Positions 10,130-22,121 of a stretch of 64,000 nt of DNA are shown here, one piece after another. Position numbers and translations under genes: made by a program. Every line of letters begins with the position of its first letter. Positions within the stretch are counted from its first letter, which is position 1. This DNA is from Prochlorococcus sp. AG-355-B18 (GTDB lineage Bacteria > Cyanobacteriota > Cyanobacteriia > PCC-6307 > Cyanobiaceae): positions 99,712 to 163,711 of the forward strand of contig QCDI01000002.1 of NCBI GenBank assembly GCA_003280965.1. The letters run 5' to 3'. Below the pieces are notes generated by a model, which saw nothing but the letters and a program-made list of their open reading frames with translations, was not told the DNA's origin and searched no databases.

Positions 10130-10188
10130 GTACGAGGCAGGCCCTGTCTACACAGGTGTGGAATGTTCAACCTTTCCTGTCTCCGTAT
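10130..10188 (+). ncRNA. Candidate structured sRNA or leader RNA
   Basis: GC-rich island; outer stem TACGAGGCAGG (10131-41) / CCTGTCTCCGTA (10176-87) with one bulge and one G-U; inner hairpin CCTGT-ctac-ACAGG; motif copy 2 (10157-10170) lies inside the loop. Confidence 0.55.
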
Positions 10189-10234
10189 CTAGCTTTGAAG
10201 TAAGATAATAACCTCAATAAATTTATTTATTATT

Positions 10235-10819
10235 TTGAACCATCCAGTCCTTACTATTGCGAGTGGCAACAAAACTAAAGTTTCTGAAATTTCTGCAATG
10301 CTGGATGTTTTGTCTTTAAGGGTTCAGAAGCAACCAGAATATTTAAATGTTGAAGAGACTGGAGACACATATTTTGAGAATGCACTTTTAAAAGCAAAAG
10401 CAGCTGCTTTAGAGACAAAAACCTGGGCATTAGCTGACGATTCTGGACTTGAAGTAGATGTTTTAGATGGTCGACCTGGCATATATTCTGCTCGATATGC
10501 CAAAAACAACTCTGAAAAAATTAAAAAATTAATTAATGAACTTTCTGATAGTCCTTACAGGAGCGCGAGATTTATAAGTTGTATGGTTTTATGTGATCCC
10601 TCAGGAAACTTAGTGAAGGATTCAACTGGAATATGCTGGGGAGAAATTCTTAAGACTCCAAAATATCCAAATGGGGAGTTCGAATCTGTTTTTTGGGTAA
10701 AAGAAGCTAACTGTGTTTACGGTGAGCTATCACAATCACAACTAAGTAAGTTAGGAAGCAGGGGTAAAGCCGCCAGAATTATGTCACCTTACCTCAAAAA
10801 AGAAATTGGTTTAAATTAA
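10235..10819 (+). CDS. Ham1/RdgB-family NTP pyrophosphatase-like protein (carboxysome-locus associated, divergent)
   Basis: ASGNKTK, ENALLKA, DDSGL, PGIYSARY present; C-terminal GFGYDP and SHR signatures altered. Confidence 0.88.
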   Translation: MNHPVLTIASGNKTKVSEISAMLDVLSLRVQKQPEYLNVEETGDTYFENALLKAKAAALETKTWALADDSGLEVDVLDGRPGIYSARYAKNNSEKIKKLINELSDSPYRSARFISCMVLCDPSGNLVKDSTGICWGEILKTPKYPNGEFESVFWVKEANCVYGELSQSQLSKLGSRGKAARIMSPYLKKEIGLN

Positions 10820-10826
10820 AAAATTC

Positions 10827-11597
10827 TCAATAATTTGAAATTACATCAATTGCTCTTATAGCAGCAGCAGCTGCTTCTTCTACATCTCCTTCTTTCCCAG
10901 CGAGAGTTAATCTACCAAAAGCTCCAACTGCTTTTACATCTACAACAGTTATATTTGATGCTTTTTCTGCTTCATTTGCTGCTTTTAAGACATACCCAGC
11001 TGGTTCAGTTTCTAATATAAACATGCTCATTCCAGATTGAATCATTGATCCACTTCTGTTTTGTCTATTTATTAAAACAGCATGGTCTGGAGTAATAGCT
11101 CGAATAACTTCTGTCCAACTTGTTGAAGGTTTGGTTCTTTTTCTAACTTCACTTCCAATAGCATCTAGAACAACATCCCCAGAATGTAAAACAGTACTTT
11201 GATCTTTGTGATAAAGAGCAAGAGAGCCAAATGCTCTTTCAACAATCATCTGACCAAGTCTTACATTACTTGCTTTTAAGGCAATATCAGTGACTCTATG
11301 AACGGCCATCCCTGGTGAAACTTCCATCCATAGGCATGAATCTCCAGGTATAGGTAAAAAACCCCTACTAACCGTCCCCATATATGCAGCTAATTGAGGT
11401 TGAAGAGAATCTAAAAAAACATATGTTCTCAACTCAATTTGCTCAACTTGACTTGCTTGTCTGGACACCAAAGACTTTTCTGAATCAGTTGTAATAAAAC
11501 AGCTTGCACCACTGGCCTGAGATTGCACCTCAGATCCCGTGACTAGGGAACTTCCTTTTTTTCGTTCCCCTCTGTTTAAACTAGAAGTTGGTTCCAT
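10827..11597 (-). CDS. csoS1D: Tandem-BMC shell protein CsoS1D
   Basis: [29 protein letters not shown]; double BMC domain; position upstream of the cso operon. Confidence 0.96.
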   Translation of the reverse strand: MEPTSSLNRGERKKGSSLVTGSEVQSQASGASCFITTDSEKSLVSRQASQVEQIELRTYVFLDSLQPQLAAYMGTVSRGFLPIPGDSCLWMEVSPGMAVHRVTDIALKASNVRLGQMIVERAFGSLALYHKDQSTVLHSGDVVLDAIGSEVRKRTKPSTSWTEVIRAITPDHAVLINRQNRSGSMIQSGMSMFILETEPAGYVLKAANEAEKASNITVVDVKAVGAFGRLTLAGKEGDVEEAAAAAIRAIDVISNY

Positions 11598-11694
11598 TCA
11601 CGCGACTATAACGGATAATGGTTCATTTTTTCTATTAAATTTACTTGCATGCTTCCAACAAAACGATAACTTCAAGTAAAAGATATGCATTTTT

Positions 11695-12063
11695 ATGGGA
11701 ACTTCTCAAAAAAAAGAACCAAATGTTTCTGGTACTGAAAAAGAATTAACTCCTGATCAAACTCTTGGATTAGTTAGCCTTAGCTTGATGCAAAAACTAT
11801 CTCAGAAAGACCCATCTTTTAGTTGGTTAGAAGAAGATAAAATTGAAAAAGTAAATCTTAAGAACCTTAGAGATAGATTGGAGTTAACCCAATTAGCTAT
11901 AAATACTGGAGCACCTTTAACCACTTCAGAAGTGACAGCTTTAATTGGTGCAAAGCCCGGTAAATCTAAGTTAGAAAGAGCAGGATTATTAGCAACTAAA
12001 ATAGCCAGAAATGTGTGGAAGCTTTCGAAAATAAGTCAAGGAAATTCCTTCTACAGAAATTAA
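11695..12063 (+). CDS. Conserved hypothetical protein
   Basis: 122 aa ORF filling the gap between csoS1D and chlN; C-terminal LTTSEVTALIGAKPG...VWKL pattern is HTH-like. Confidence 0.75.
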   Translation: MGTSQKKEPNVSGTEKELTPDQTLGLVSLSLMQKLSQKDPSFSWLEEDKIEKVNLKNLRDRLELTQLAINTGAPLTTSEVTALIGAKPGKSKLERAGLLATKIARNVWKLSKISQGNSFYRN

Positions 12064-12211
12064 AATACGCCCCAAAAGTTTTTTTCATAATTCCCATTTA
12101 AGTATTTAAACATTCATATAAGTTTTTTAAATGTGTTTATTTTGTAAAGGAACTTATTAATTACTTTCTTAAATTAAAAAGTGTATGCAAGCTTGAAATA
12201 TAAGCTCTTGA

Positions 12212-13477
<1,266 letters not shown>

Positions 13478-13482
13478 AAACT

Positions 13483-15054
13483 ATGGAATTAACTCTTTGG
13501 ACGTATGAAGGACCACCACATGTTGGTGCCATGAGAATTGCCTCGTCAATGAAAGACATTCATTATGTGCTTCATGCCCCCCAAGGAGATACATATGCAG
13601 ATCTCCTCTTTACAATGATCGAGAGGAGGGGACAAAGGCCTCCAGTAACCTATACAACTTTTCAGGCTAGAGACCTTGGAGGCGATACAGCTGAATTAGT
13701 GAAGAAAAATATTAAGGAAGCGGTTGAACGATTCAAACCCAAAACTCTTTTAGTCGGAGAAAGTTGTACAGCAGAACTTATCCAAGACCAACCTGGAGCT
13801 CTCGCGAAAGGGATGGGGTTTGACATACCGATTGTGAATCTTGAATTACCTGCCTATAGCAAGAAAGAGAATTGGGGGGGCTCAGAAACCTTTTATCAAT
13901 TAATAAGAACTCTTTTAAAAGAAAAAGTAAGCTATTCAGAGAAAATAAGTCCTCTAAGGTGGAAGGAATATGGGCGTAGACCAAAAGTCAATATACTTGG
14001 TCCTTCATTACTAGGGTTTAGATGCAGAGATGATGTAATCGAAATCCAACGCATACTTTCAGAGCAAGGAATAGATACAAACGTAGTTGCTCCATTAGGT
14101 GCTAGTCCAGATGATATTGGAAGACTAATTGATGCTGAAATAAATATTTGTCTTTATCCAGAAATTGCGGAAGCATCGTGCGAATGGCTTAAACGGAACT
14201 TTGGAATGAAATATACAAACACTATTCCAATTGGAATAAAAAATACAATCGAATTTATAAATGAAGTTCATAAGAAATTAGATCTTCCTTTGACGAATAA
14301 AAAAGAATTAGAAAATAAATCAAAACTTCCTTGGTACTCAAAATCAGTTGACTCAAACTATCTAACTGGCAAAAGAGTTTTTATTTTTGGTGATGGAACA
14401 CATGCAATTGCAGCGGCCAAAATTGCTAAGGAGGAATTGGGTTTTGAAGTAGTTGGTCTTGGAACGTACAGCCGGGAGATGGCGAAGCAAGTAAGAGCTA
14501 CTGCAAAAAATATAAATATAGAAGCTTTAATTACTAACAATTATCTAGAAGTAGAAGATGCCATGAAAAAAGCCGCCCCTGAATTAGTTTTAGGAACCCA
14601 AATGGAAAGGCATAGTGCAAAAAGACTCGGCATTCCATGTTCAGTAATTAGTACTCCAATGCATGTTCAAGATGTTCCTGCAAGATATAGTCCACAGATG
14701 GGATGGGAAGGGGCAAATGTAATTTTTGATGACTGGGTACATCCCCTAATGATGGGCTTAGAAGAGCATCTTATTGATATGTTCAAACATGATTTTGAGT
14801 TTGTTGACGGTCATCAAAGCCATTTAGGACATACAGCGACAAAAACAAAGGATTTTATAAAGTCTGACGAGAAAAAAGAAAAAAATAGTATGGAGGGAAT
14901 TATTTGGACTGAATCTGGTAGAGCTGAATTAACAAAAGTTCCTTTTTTTGTAAGAGGTAAAGTCAAAACTAATACCGAAAAATACGCAATCTTGAGAGGA
15001 ATTCCAGAAATAAGCGATGAAACTCTTTACGACGCGAAAGCATATTTCAGCTAA
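13483..15054 (+). CDS. chlB: Dark-operative protochlorophyllide reductase subunit B
   Basis: [20 protein letters not shown]-terminal PCP_red domain ([10 protein letters not shown]). Confidence 0.98.
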   Translation: MELTLWTYEGPPHVGAMRIASSMKDIHYVLHAPQGDTYADLLFTMIERRGQRPPVTYTTFQARDLGGDTAELVKKNIKEAVERFKPKTLLVGESCTAELIQDQPGALAKGMGFDIPIVNLELPAYSKKENWGGSETFYQLIRTLLKEKVSYSEKISPLRWKEYGRRPKVNILGPSLLGFRCRDDVIEIQRILSEQGIDTNVVAPLGASPDDIGRLIDAEINICLYPEIAEASCEWLKRNFGMKYTNTIPIGIKNTIEFINEVHKKLDLPLTNKKELENKSKLPWYSKSVDSNYLTGKRVFIFGDGTHAIAAAKIAKEELGFEVVGLGTYSREMAKQVRATAKNINIEALITNNYLEVEDAMKKAAPELVLGTQMERHSAKRLGIPCSVISTPMHVQDVPARYSPQMGWEGANVIFDDWVHPLMMGLEEHLIDMFKHDFEFVDGHQSHLGHTATKTKDFIKSDEKKEKNSMEGIIWTESGRAELTKVPFFVRGKVKTNTEKYAILRGIPEISDETLYDAKAYFS

Positions 15055-15243
15055 TTTGTACTAATGATTTATAACAAAGTCATGAGTATTTTCACTCATA
15101 ATCTAATAGATTTAATCCTAAAAATTCAGTTATAAGAACATATTTCCGGCTTTTAATACAATTAAATACATATTTGTTTAGAAACATATTCCATGTGTAT
15201 TTACACTGCAAGAATATAAATAATAATGTGTTTAAAGCTTTAA

Positions 15244-16131
<888 letters not shown>

Positions 16132-16137
16132 TCTAAA

Positions 16138-17148
16138 TTAATCTAATCCAACCAATTTGCTTGTTAAATCATAAGTTTGTTGAGAGGTCTTCTTATCAAT
16201 TATTCTTTTTGACAACTTTTGAGAAAAAGCTTTTCTACCAGTTTTTTGACGATTTCCCCAGCTCCAATGGACTGATGGTTTAGCAAATTCTTTATAAGTT
16301 GCCACTTGAGCGACCCTCTCTCCTGCCAGTCTTTGTGAAACATATCCTTTTGTTATAAATTTTTGAAATATCGGGAAAAGAAATCTAAATAACCAAGGTG
16401 TATCTCTAAAAAGTTTTGTATCAGCAACACATCCAGGATATAGAGAATTTACAATAATCTTCTCTGCAGGATATCTTTTTGATAATTCCTGAACGGTAAC
16501 CATATTACAAAGTTTACTATCCTTATAAGCCTTACCAGGTTTAAATTTCTTTCCATTCGCCATACTTATTGGAGATAAAAAACCATTTTTGAATCCAGAT
16601 AAATCTCCCAAATCAGCTGGGGCAGGGATGGGGATCCTTCCTCCAAGTTCTGAATAATTAGCCGTAACAGTCCCTAATACTGTAATTCTTGGCTTAAATA
16701 AAGTTGATTTGCCATTTAAAACAATTTCTCTTTCAGAAGATAAAATATTTTTCACAAGTAGGTTTATCATAAGAAAATGCCCAAAATGATTTACTGCCAT
16801 AGAGTTTTCAAACCCTTGTGCAGACCTTTCAGGTCTCTTTAGTCTCGGTTTATAAACTGCTGCATTACAAATAAGAGAATTTATCGGCTTTTTAAATCTT
16901 TCTAATATTTCATCGCAACCTTTTCTCACATCATCCAAATTAGAAAGATCTATTTCTATAAAGTGAACATTTTCAACTTCCTCTTTTGTCAAGGATTCCT
17001 CAGCTACTTTTATAGCTCTTTTATTTGATCGATTAACTGCTATAACCTCCCATCCAAATCTTAATAGAGGTTTTAGAGTATTTAATCCAACTCCTGAAGT
17101 TGTTCCTGTTATTAGGACTAAACCCTTAATGTTCTTACTCACTAGCAA
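16138..17148 (-). CDS. por: Light-dependent protochlorophyllide oxidoreductase (POR-type SDR)
   Basis: TGTTSGVG, CNAAVY, KAYKDSKLCN, YPGCVADT, FPIFQKFITKGYVS; true start may be GTG 17142. Confidence 0.9.
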   Translation of the reverse strand: MLVSKNIKGLVLITGTTSGVGLNTLKPLLRFGWEVIAVNRSNKRAIKVAEESLTKEEVENVHFIEIDLSNLDDVRKGCDEILERFKKPINSLICNAAVYKPRLKRPERSAQGFENSMAVNHFGHFLMINLLVKNILSSEREIVLNGKSTLFKPRITVLGTVTANYSELGGRIPIPAPADLGDLSGFKNGFLSPISMANGKKFKPGKAYKDSKLCNMVTVQELSKRYPAEKIIVNSLYPGCVADTKLFRDTPWLFRFLFPIFQKFITKGYVSQRLAGERVAQVATYKEFAKPSVHWSWGNRQKTGRKAFSQKLSKRIIDKKTSQQTYDLTSKLVGLD

Positions 17149-17196
17149 AAAAGTTAATTGAAAAATGAAAAGTAGAATGATTCAAAACCATCCTTA

Positions 17197-17544
17197 TCAA
17201 CGCCATATTACTCTGATAATGTCCCTAGAAATTATTTGATCCTGATCCTTCATAAATCTTTGCTCACCTTCAGAAGAAAATAAATTATCAAACTCATCTG
17301 TTAAAACGATAAATCTATAATTTTCGTATAAAAATGAGTCTTCAATTTCCCTTAATCTGGTCAACCTTACTTTAGAACTATAGCCAAGTTTAATCAGGCT
17401 TATTATTGCTAAAAGGGAAAAGCTAATTTTTATAATTAAAAAAATTGTTGATACAAAATTATCCTGTTTCTGTTGTCTTTTTATAAATCCAGACCCTAAA
17501 GATTTTTTGTGGAAAATACTATTTTTATAAAAAGATTTTGACAA
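17197..17544 (-). CDS. Conserved membrane-anchored protein (single TM plus coiled coil; resembles the cyanobacterial Slr1601-type family)
   Basis: One hydrophobic helix followed by heptad-like segment; downstream of psaM; family assignment from recall only. Confidence 0.6.
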   Translation of the reverse strand: MSKSFYKNSIFHKKSLGSGFIKRQQKQDNFVSTIFLIIKISFSLLAIISLIKLGYSSKVRLTRLREIEDSFLYENYRFIVLTDEFDNLFSSEGEQRFMKDQDQIISRDIIRVIWR

Positions 17545-17629
17545 AGTAAGTACTTGATATTTTTACTGAATAAAATAATTCAGTCTTACTTTATTATTAC
17601 CTTATAAATTTTAAATTTTCTAATAGACT

Positions 17630-17734
17630 TTAGTTCCTACCTAAACTAATTCCTAGTCTTAAGGCTAAAACTCCTGCATGCATAACAACTATGAGGCTTA
17701 ATGCAATAAGATTTATTGTTTGAGTTGGCTCCAT
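17630..17734 (-). CDS. psaM: Photosystem I subunit XII
   Basis: Manually translated 34 aa [42 protein letters not shown] signature; below the ORF-track cutoff. Confidence 0.92.
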   Translation of the reverse strand: MEPTQTINLIALSLIVVMHAGVLALRLGISLGRN

Positions 17735-17835
17735 GGAAAAAAATTTATTTCCTATATTCTCCACCGAAAAGAGAAGATTTGAAACACTATTACAAAATGA
17801 TGTTACGTAATTAACAAATTGAAAGAAAAAATTTA

Positions 17836-18591
17836 TTGAAAATTATCATAAATAAACCTACAAAGTTAATTTTGGGAATTGAAAATCAGGCTTTAATTTT
17901 TTCAACAAATAATTTACCTGGATTTGATCAAATGGCTTTAGATTTAAATTCTTTAGATCAGACAATTTCGAATCCTGAAATAATTCTCACATTGAGGTTC
18001 TACTATTGGACTGGGGATTGGCTTTCAATTGGCTATCACCAAAAGGAAATTCCTCTTCATTGGAAAAATTTATTATCAAACGGGGAAATTAATATTGTTA
18101 GACGTCCCTCTGGAGGGGGTGCTGTTCTGCATTCAGGAGGCATAACATATTCATTAACATTTAAAAAAACTTACTATAAAGTCTTAAGTTATGAAATGGT
18201 TAATAATTGGTTAATTAAAAGTTTTAGAGAATTAGGTCTAAACTTACAATATGGTAATTTACGAAAATCAAGCATTAAAACAAATTGTTTTGGGACTTCA
18301 TTAATTTCTGATTTAGTTGATCAGGATGGGTTTAAAAGGATAGGAAGTGCGCAATATCGTAGAAAAGGTGCATTCCTTCAACATGGAGAGATTCAAACAA
18401 ATCCTTCACAAGACTTATGGTTCAAATTATTTAAAGAAGAAGCTCCACCAAAAATAAATCTAGGCCTCACAAATGATGAAATAGTTCAACATTTAAGAAA
18501 TTCATTCCTAGAGAATAAATCAAATATAAAGTTCAAAAATATTGCCATAGACAATAATATATTAAAAAATTTTCGTGACACGAATTCTTAA
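17836..18591 (+). CDS. Lipoate-protein ligase A / octanoyltransferase family protein
   Basis: [31 protein letters not shown]. Confidence 0.9.
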   Translation: MKIIINKPTKLILGIENQALIFSTNNLPGFDQMALDLNSLDQTISNPEIILTLRFYYWTGDWLSIGYHQKEIPLHWKNLLSNGEINIVRRPSGGGAVLHSGGITYSLTFKKTYYKVLSYEMVNNWLIKSFRELGLNLQYGNLRKSSIKTNCFGTSLISDLVDQDGFKRIGSAQYRRKGAFLQHGEIQTNPSQDLWFKLFKEEAPPKINLGLTNDEIVQHLRNSFLENKSNIKFKNIAIDNNILKNFRDTNS

Positions 18592-19811
18592 AGATCTCCT
18601 TTCTGCTTCATTGAATTAATTATTCTTGGAAGTTCAATTCCCAAGGGATATTGATTTTTATAATTTAATTTGTTGACAATTTCTGAAGGAAAATTAAATC
18701 CTAATTTATTCAATACAAAGTTTCCTATTTTAGATCTATCAATTATCCCTAAAGGGATATCTGCAGAATTGAGAACCAATATAAAACCTTTACCTGTTTC
18801 TTCAATTCTTTCTATAGTTTTCCATAATTTATCGTTAGCATACACACTTTCAAAACTATCAATTGGCTTCTTAAAATCCCCAACGAAGTGCCGTTCCCAT
18901 TTTTTTATGGAGACAGTTTTTAAAATATTCTCATCAATAAAACCAGTCCATCTTCCATTATTAGTAACAAAAAAATATTTATCTGATTCATATTTTTTAT
19001 TTTTTATTAATCTGTTCAACTCTGCGAAATTAGAATCGAATTCAATTTTTTGTAAAGGCTTTAATTTAAGCTCAGAAACTTTACTAAATTTAAGTATGTT
19101 TTCAATTTTAAAAAATTGACTTTCTGATTTTGAAGAATTAACTCCAAACAATCCTAAGAAAGAAAGAATAAGACCATAATAAAAGTTAAATCTAAACGAA
19201 CAAATTATTCCAAATATAAGAACTAAAAAAGATAAAGATAAATTTACTTTATTGAGAAAGTTTCTTCCTTTGTTTTTACTACCTGAGAAATGCCAAATAA
19301 TACTTTTTAATAAATTTCCTCCATCTAAAGAACCTATTGGAATCAAATTTAAAAAGCCTAATAATAAATTTAATATACCAACTCTAGAAATTATATTGAT
19401 GAATATTATTTCTTGAGATGCACTGTAATTACTAATTAAAAGTAGGATAAATGCTGTAATAAAACATAATAGAGGTCTAACAATTGCGATTTTTATATTA
19501 CCTATAGCAGTTTCACAATACTTATCTATTTGTAAAATAGCTCCAAGAAAATAAAAAGTTATTTTTTTTATTTTTACTCCCTGATTTAAGGAAACATAGG
19601 TATATATAACCTCATGGGAAATAATTGAAGATAATAAGAAAAAAGAAGTTAAAAAACCTATAACCCAAGCTTCTTTATTATTAAATACATCACCAGAAGA
19701 TAAATTAACTTGATTACTTATGCTCCATGAGAATAAAAAGAGAATAACAAACCAATAGGGATGAATTTTGAAGGGAATTCCCCATATTTTAAAAATTTGC
19801 CAACTTCTCAA
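18588..19811 (-). CDS. Site-2 (M50) membrane metalloprotease-like protein with degenerate CBS region
   Basis: GIPFKIHPYW start, NLIPIGSLDGG motif; HExxH reads HEVIY. Confidence 0.88.
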   Translation of the reverse strand: MRSWQIFKIWGIPFKIHPYWFVILFLFSWSISNQVNLSSGDVFNNKEAWVIGFLTSFFLLSSIISHEVIYTYVSLNQGVKIKKITFYFLGAILQIDKYCETAIGNIKIAIVRPLLCFITAFILLLISNYSASQEIIFINIISRVGILNLLLGFLNLIPIGSLDGGNLLKSIIWHFSGSKNKGRNFLNKVNLSLSFLVLIFGIICSFRFNFYYGLILSFLGLFGVNSSKSESQFFKIENILKFSKVSELKLKPLQKIEFDSNFAELNRLIKNKKYESDKYFFVTNNGRWTGFIDENILKTVSIKKWERHFVGDFKKPIDSFESVYANDKLWKTIERIEETGKGFILVLNSADIPLGIIDRSKIGNFVLNKLGFNFPSEIVNKLNYKNQYPLGIELPRIINSMKQKGDL

Positions 19812-19866
19812 AAATAATCTCCGCTATATTTAGCAATAATATTAATTTTACATACAGGATAATGAT

Positions 19867-20532
19867 ATGCCCAAGACTAATACTTTAGTTAAAATTTGTG
19901 GATTAACATCAGAAGAACAAGCTCTTCAAGTAGCTAAATTAGGAGCGCATGCTATTGGCATTATTTCGGTTGAAGAGTCACCAAGGTACGTATCACCTGA
20001 AATTAAGAAAAAAATATTTAAAACCTTAGAAAGTTTTTATCCAAAAATCCATAGGGTATCTGTTGTGCAAAATAGTCCTGTAGATTTAATTATCAAAAAT
20101 TTCTTAGGCAACCCAAGTGAAACTATCATTCAATTGCATGGTGATGAGGATATTGATTACTGTAAAAAAATAAGAGAAAAAATTCCAAATATTGGCCTAT
20201 GGAAGGCTTTCAGGATAAAAACGGAAAAAGACTTGGATAAAATACAACCTTTTGAAAATTTTGTAGATGCGATACTACTTGATTCTTGGAGTGAAAAAAC
20301 TTATGGAGGTTCAGGGAAAAAAATAAATTCTAACTATCTAAAGAATCTGCAATTTAGTAAACCTTGGTGGTTAGCAGGCGGAATATCAATTGAATGGATT
20401 AATGAAATTCTTATAGATATCAAACCTGATGGGCTAGATATTTCTAGTAGTGTTGAAATTTCTCCGGGTCAAAAAGATCTAAAAAAAACTGAAGAACTTT
20501 TTAATTTTTTAAAAGGGATTAGTAATTATTAG
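19867..20532 (+). CDS. trpF: Phosphoribosylanthranilate isomerase
   Basis: VKICGLT, IQLHGDE, GGSG, LAGGI, DISSSVE. Confidence 0.96.
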   Translation: MPKTNTLVKICGLTSEEQALQVAKLGAHAIGIISVEESPRYVSPEIKKKIFKTLESFYPKIHRVSVVQNSPVDLIIKNFLGNPSETIIQLHGDEDIDYCKKIREKIPNIGLWKAFRIKTEKDLDKIQPFENFVDAILLDSWSEKTYGGSGKKINSNYLKNLQFSKPWWLAGGISIEWINEILIDIKPDGLDISSSVEISPGQKDLKKTEELFNFLKGISNY

Positions 20533-21259
20533 TAGCAGACTGCTGTTTTACAAGCTCAAAAAATTCTTGTTTTAGACTTAAATCGTGTCTAAAATCTCCC
20601 CTCACCACAGAATTAATCATACTCGTATTTGGTTCTTTGACTCCCCTCCACTTCATGCAATAATGTTGGGCCTTTACAATAATACCTAAACCTTTAGGTT
20701 CACATAGTTTTTCGATTTCATCTGCAAGTATCATTACAGCTTCTTCCTGAATATGAGGTCTTGAAAAAACCCAATCAGCAACTCTCGCAAATTTTGAAAG
20801 TCCTATAACTTTGTTCCCAGGTTTAATACCTATCCAACACTCTCCTAGAATTGGAACTAAGTGATGTGAACATGCAGATCTAACAGAAATTGGGCCGACT
20901 GTATAAATCTCGTCAAGATTCTTGTCATTTGGGAAACTTGTAACTTTAGGTTGTTGATGATATCTGCCTTTAAAAACTTCATTTAAATACATTTTTGAAA
21001 CTCTTTGGGCAGTTTCTTGTGTATTATGATCATTTTCAACATCTATTATGAGGGACTTTAGTAAGTCTTTAACTCTTGAGGCAACTTCTCTTTCTAAAAT
21101 CTCTAATTCTCCAGGATTTATAAAATCTGCAATATTATCGTTAGCACTAAACCTGGTTCCAGAATTTTTGATTCTGTCTCTTATAATTTCGGAGATTAAT
21201 TTATTAGTAATCTGGTCGTCAAAGTTTCTAATATTATCGTTGGGTAATGTAGAGGTCAT
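20519..21259 (-). CDS. folE: GTP cyclohydrolase I
   Basis: SACSHHLVP, GLSKFAR, IQEE, HYCMKWRG. Confidence 0.97.
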   Translation of the reverse strand: MTSTLPNDNIRNFDDQITNKLISEIIRDRIKNSGTRFSANDNIADFINPGELEILEREVASRVKDLLKSLIIDVENDHNTQETAQRVSKMYLNEVFKGRYHQQPKVTSFPNDKNLDEIYTVGPISVRSACSHHLVPILGECWIGIKPGNKVIGLSKFARVADWVFSRPHIQEEAVMILADEIEKLCEPKGLGIIVKAQHYCMKWRGVKEPNTSMINSVVRGDFRHDLSLKQEFFELVKQQSATNNY

Positions 21260-21412
21260 AAAATTCTTGACAGAAAAATGTATGCAACTTAATTAACTGT
21301 ATCTTCCAAAAGCTTAATTGCTTATACACTATATCACATTCTCTTGTTTAATCGGGTTCACGTAGCCCTAAAAAAAATCACTTTTTAAGGATTAAGAAAA
21401 GAAAAAGAATGT

Positions 21413-22120
21413 TTAAAAAGCTCCTCCAGAGGGCATTAAAGTTAAGTCTTCAATCAGTTGTGATTCAGGTTGTTGAGCCATATAGAGAATAGTATCTGAT
21501 ACTTCGCTTGAGGAGAGCATAGAAGTTCTATCAAAATCAGCATTGATAGATTCTGAGTCCCAAAGAGGAGTATTTACTGAACCTAAAGTTATCGTACAGG
21601 CTCTGATTGAATTAAATCTCTCCTCTTCTCTCAAGCATTTAGTAAACATAGCTAGTGCAGACTTTGAAATACAATACGCTCCCCATTGGGGAAATGCATT
21701 ATAAGAAGCATGACTACTAACGTTAATGACTAATCCACCATTTTTTCTCATTTTAGGAATTATTGAACTGCAAATTTGGAAAACACTTGTGAGGTTTATT
21801 TGCATAGTTTGTTCCCATTGACCTAAATCCATTTCAACTAAGGGACCATTAAATGCACAACCAGCATTATTTATCAATACTGAAGGGCACCCATACTTCT
21901 TAATCGCTTCCTTAACACAATTTTCTATTTCTAGAGGATTAGATAAATCACATTTAACTAGGTTAATTTTTGATTTAGTAGTCAAAAGTTCGCTCTTTAG
22001 TTTCTCCATTAAATCCATATTCCTGGAGAGCAAAATCAAATCCCAGCCAGCATTAGCAAAAGTAATTGCAGTAGATCTGCCAATACCTTTAGTAGCACCC
22101 GTTATAAAAGCTAGTTTCAA
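21413..22120 (-). CDS. Short-chain dehydrogenase/reductase
   Basis: TGATKGIG, NNAG, YCISK; start set at TTG 22120 just past the accA stop. Confidence 0.9.
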   Translation of the reverse strand: MKLAFITGATKGIGRSTAITFANAGWDLILLSRNMDLMEKLKSELLTTKSKINLVKCDLSNPLEIENCVKEAIKKYGCPSVLINNAGCAFNGPLVEMDLGQWEQTMQINLTSVFQICSSIIPKMRKNGGLVINVSSHASYNAFPQWGAYCISKSALAMFTKCLREEERFNSIRACTITLGSVNTPLWDSESINADFDRTSMLSSSEVSDTILYMAQQPESQLIEDLTLMPSGGAF

Positions 22121-22121
22121 T

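Noticed and set aside
9932..10192. 86-aa ORF spanning the csoS1/ham1 intergenic region
   Set aside because: No family resemblance; it overlaps two predicted promoters, and its ATGs come from the repeated 14-mer
21354..21377. GGGTT-cacgt-AGCCC hairpin next to an A run upstream of folE
   Set aside because: Weak stem, and the U tract would precede rather than follow it on the transcribed strand; not a credible terminator
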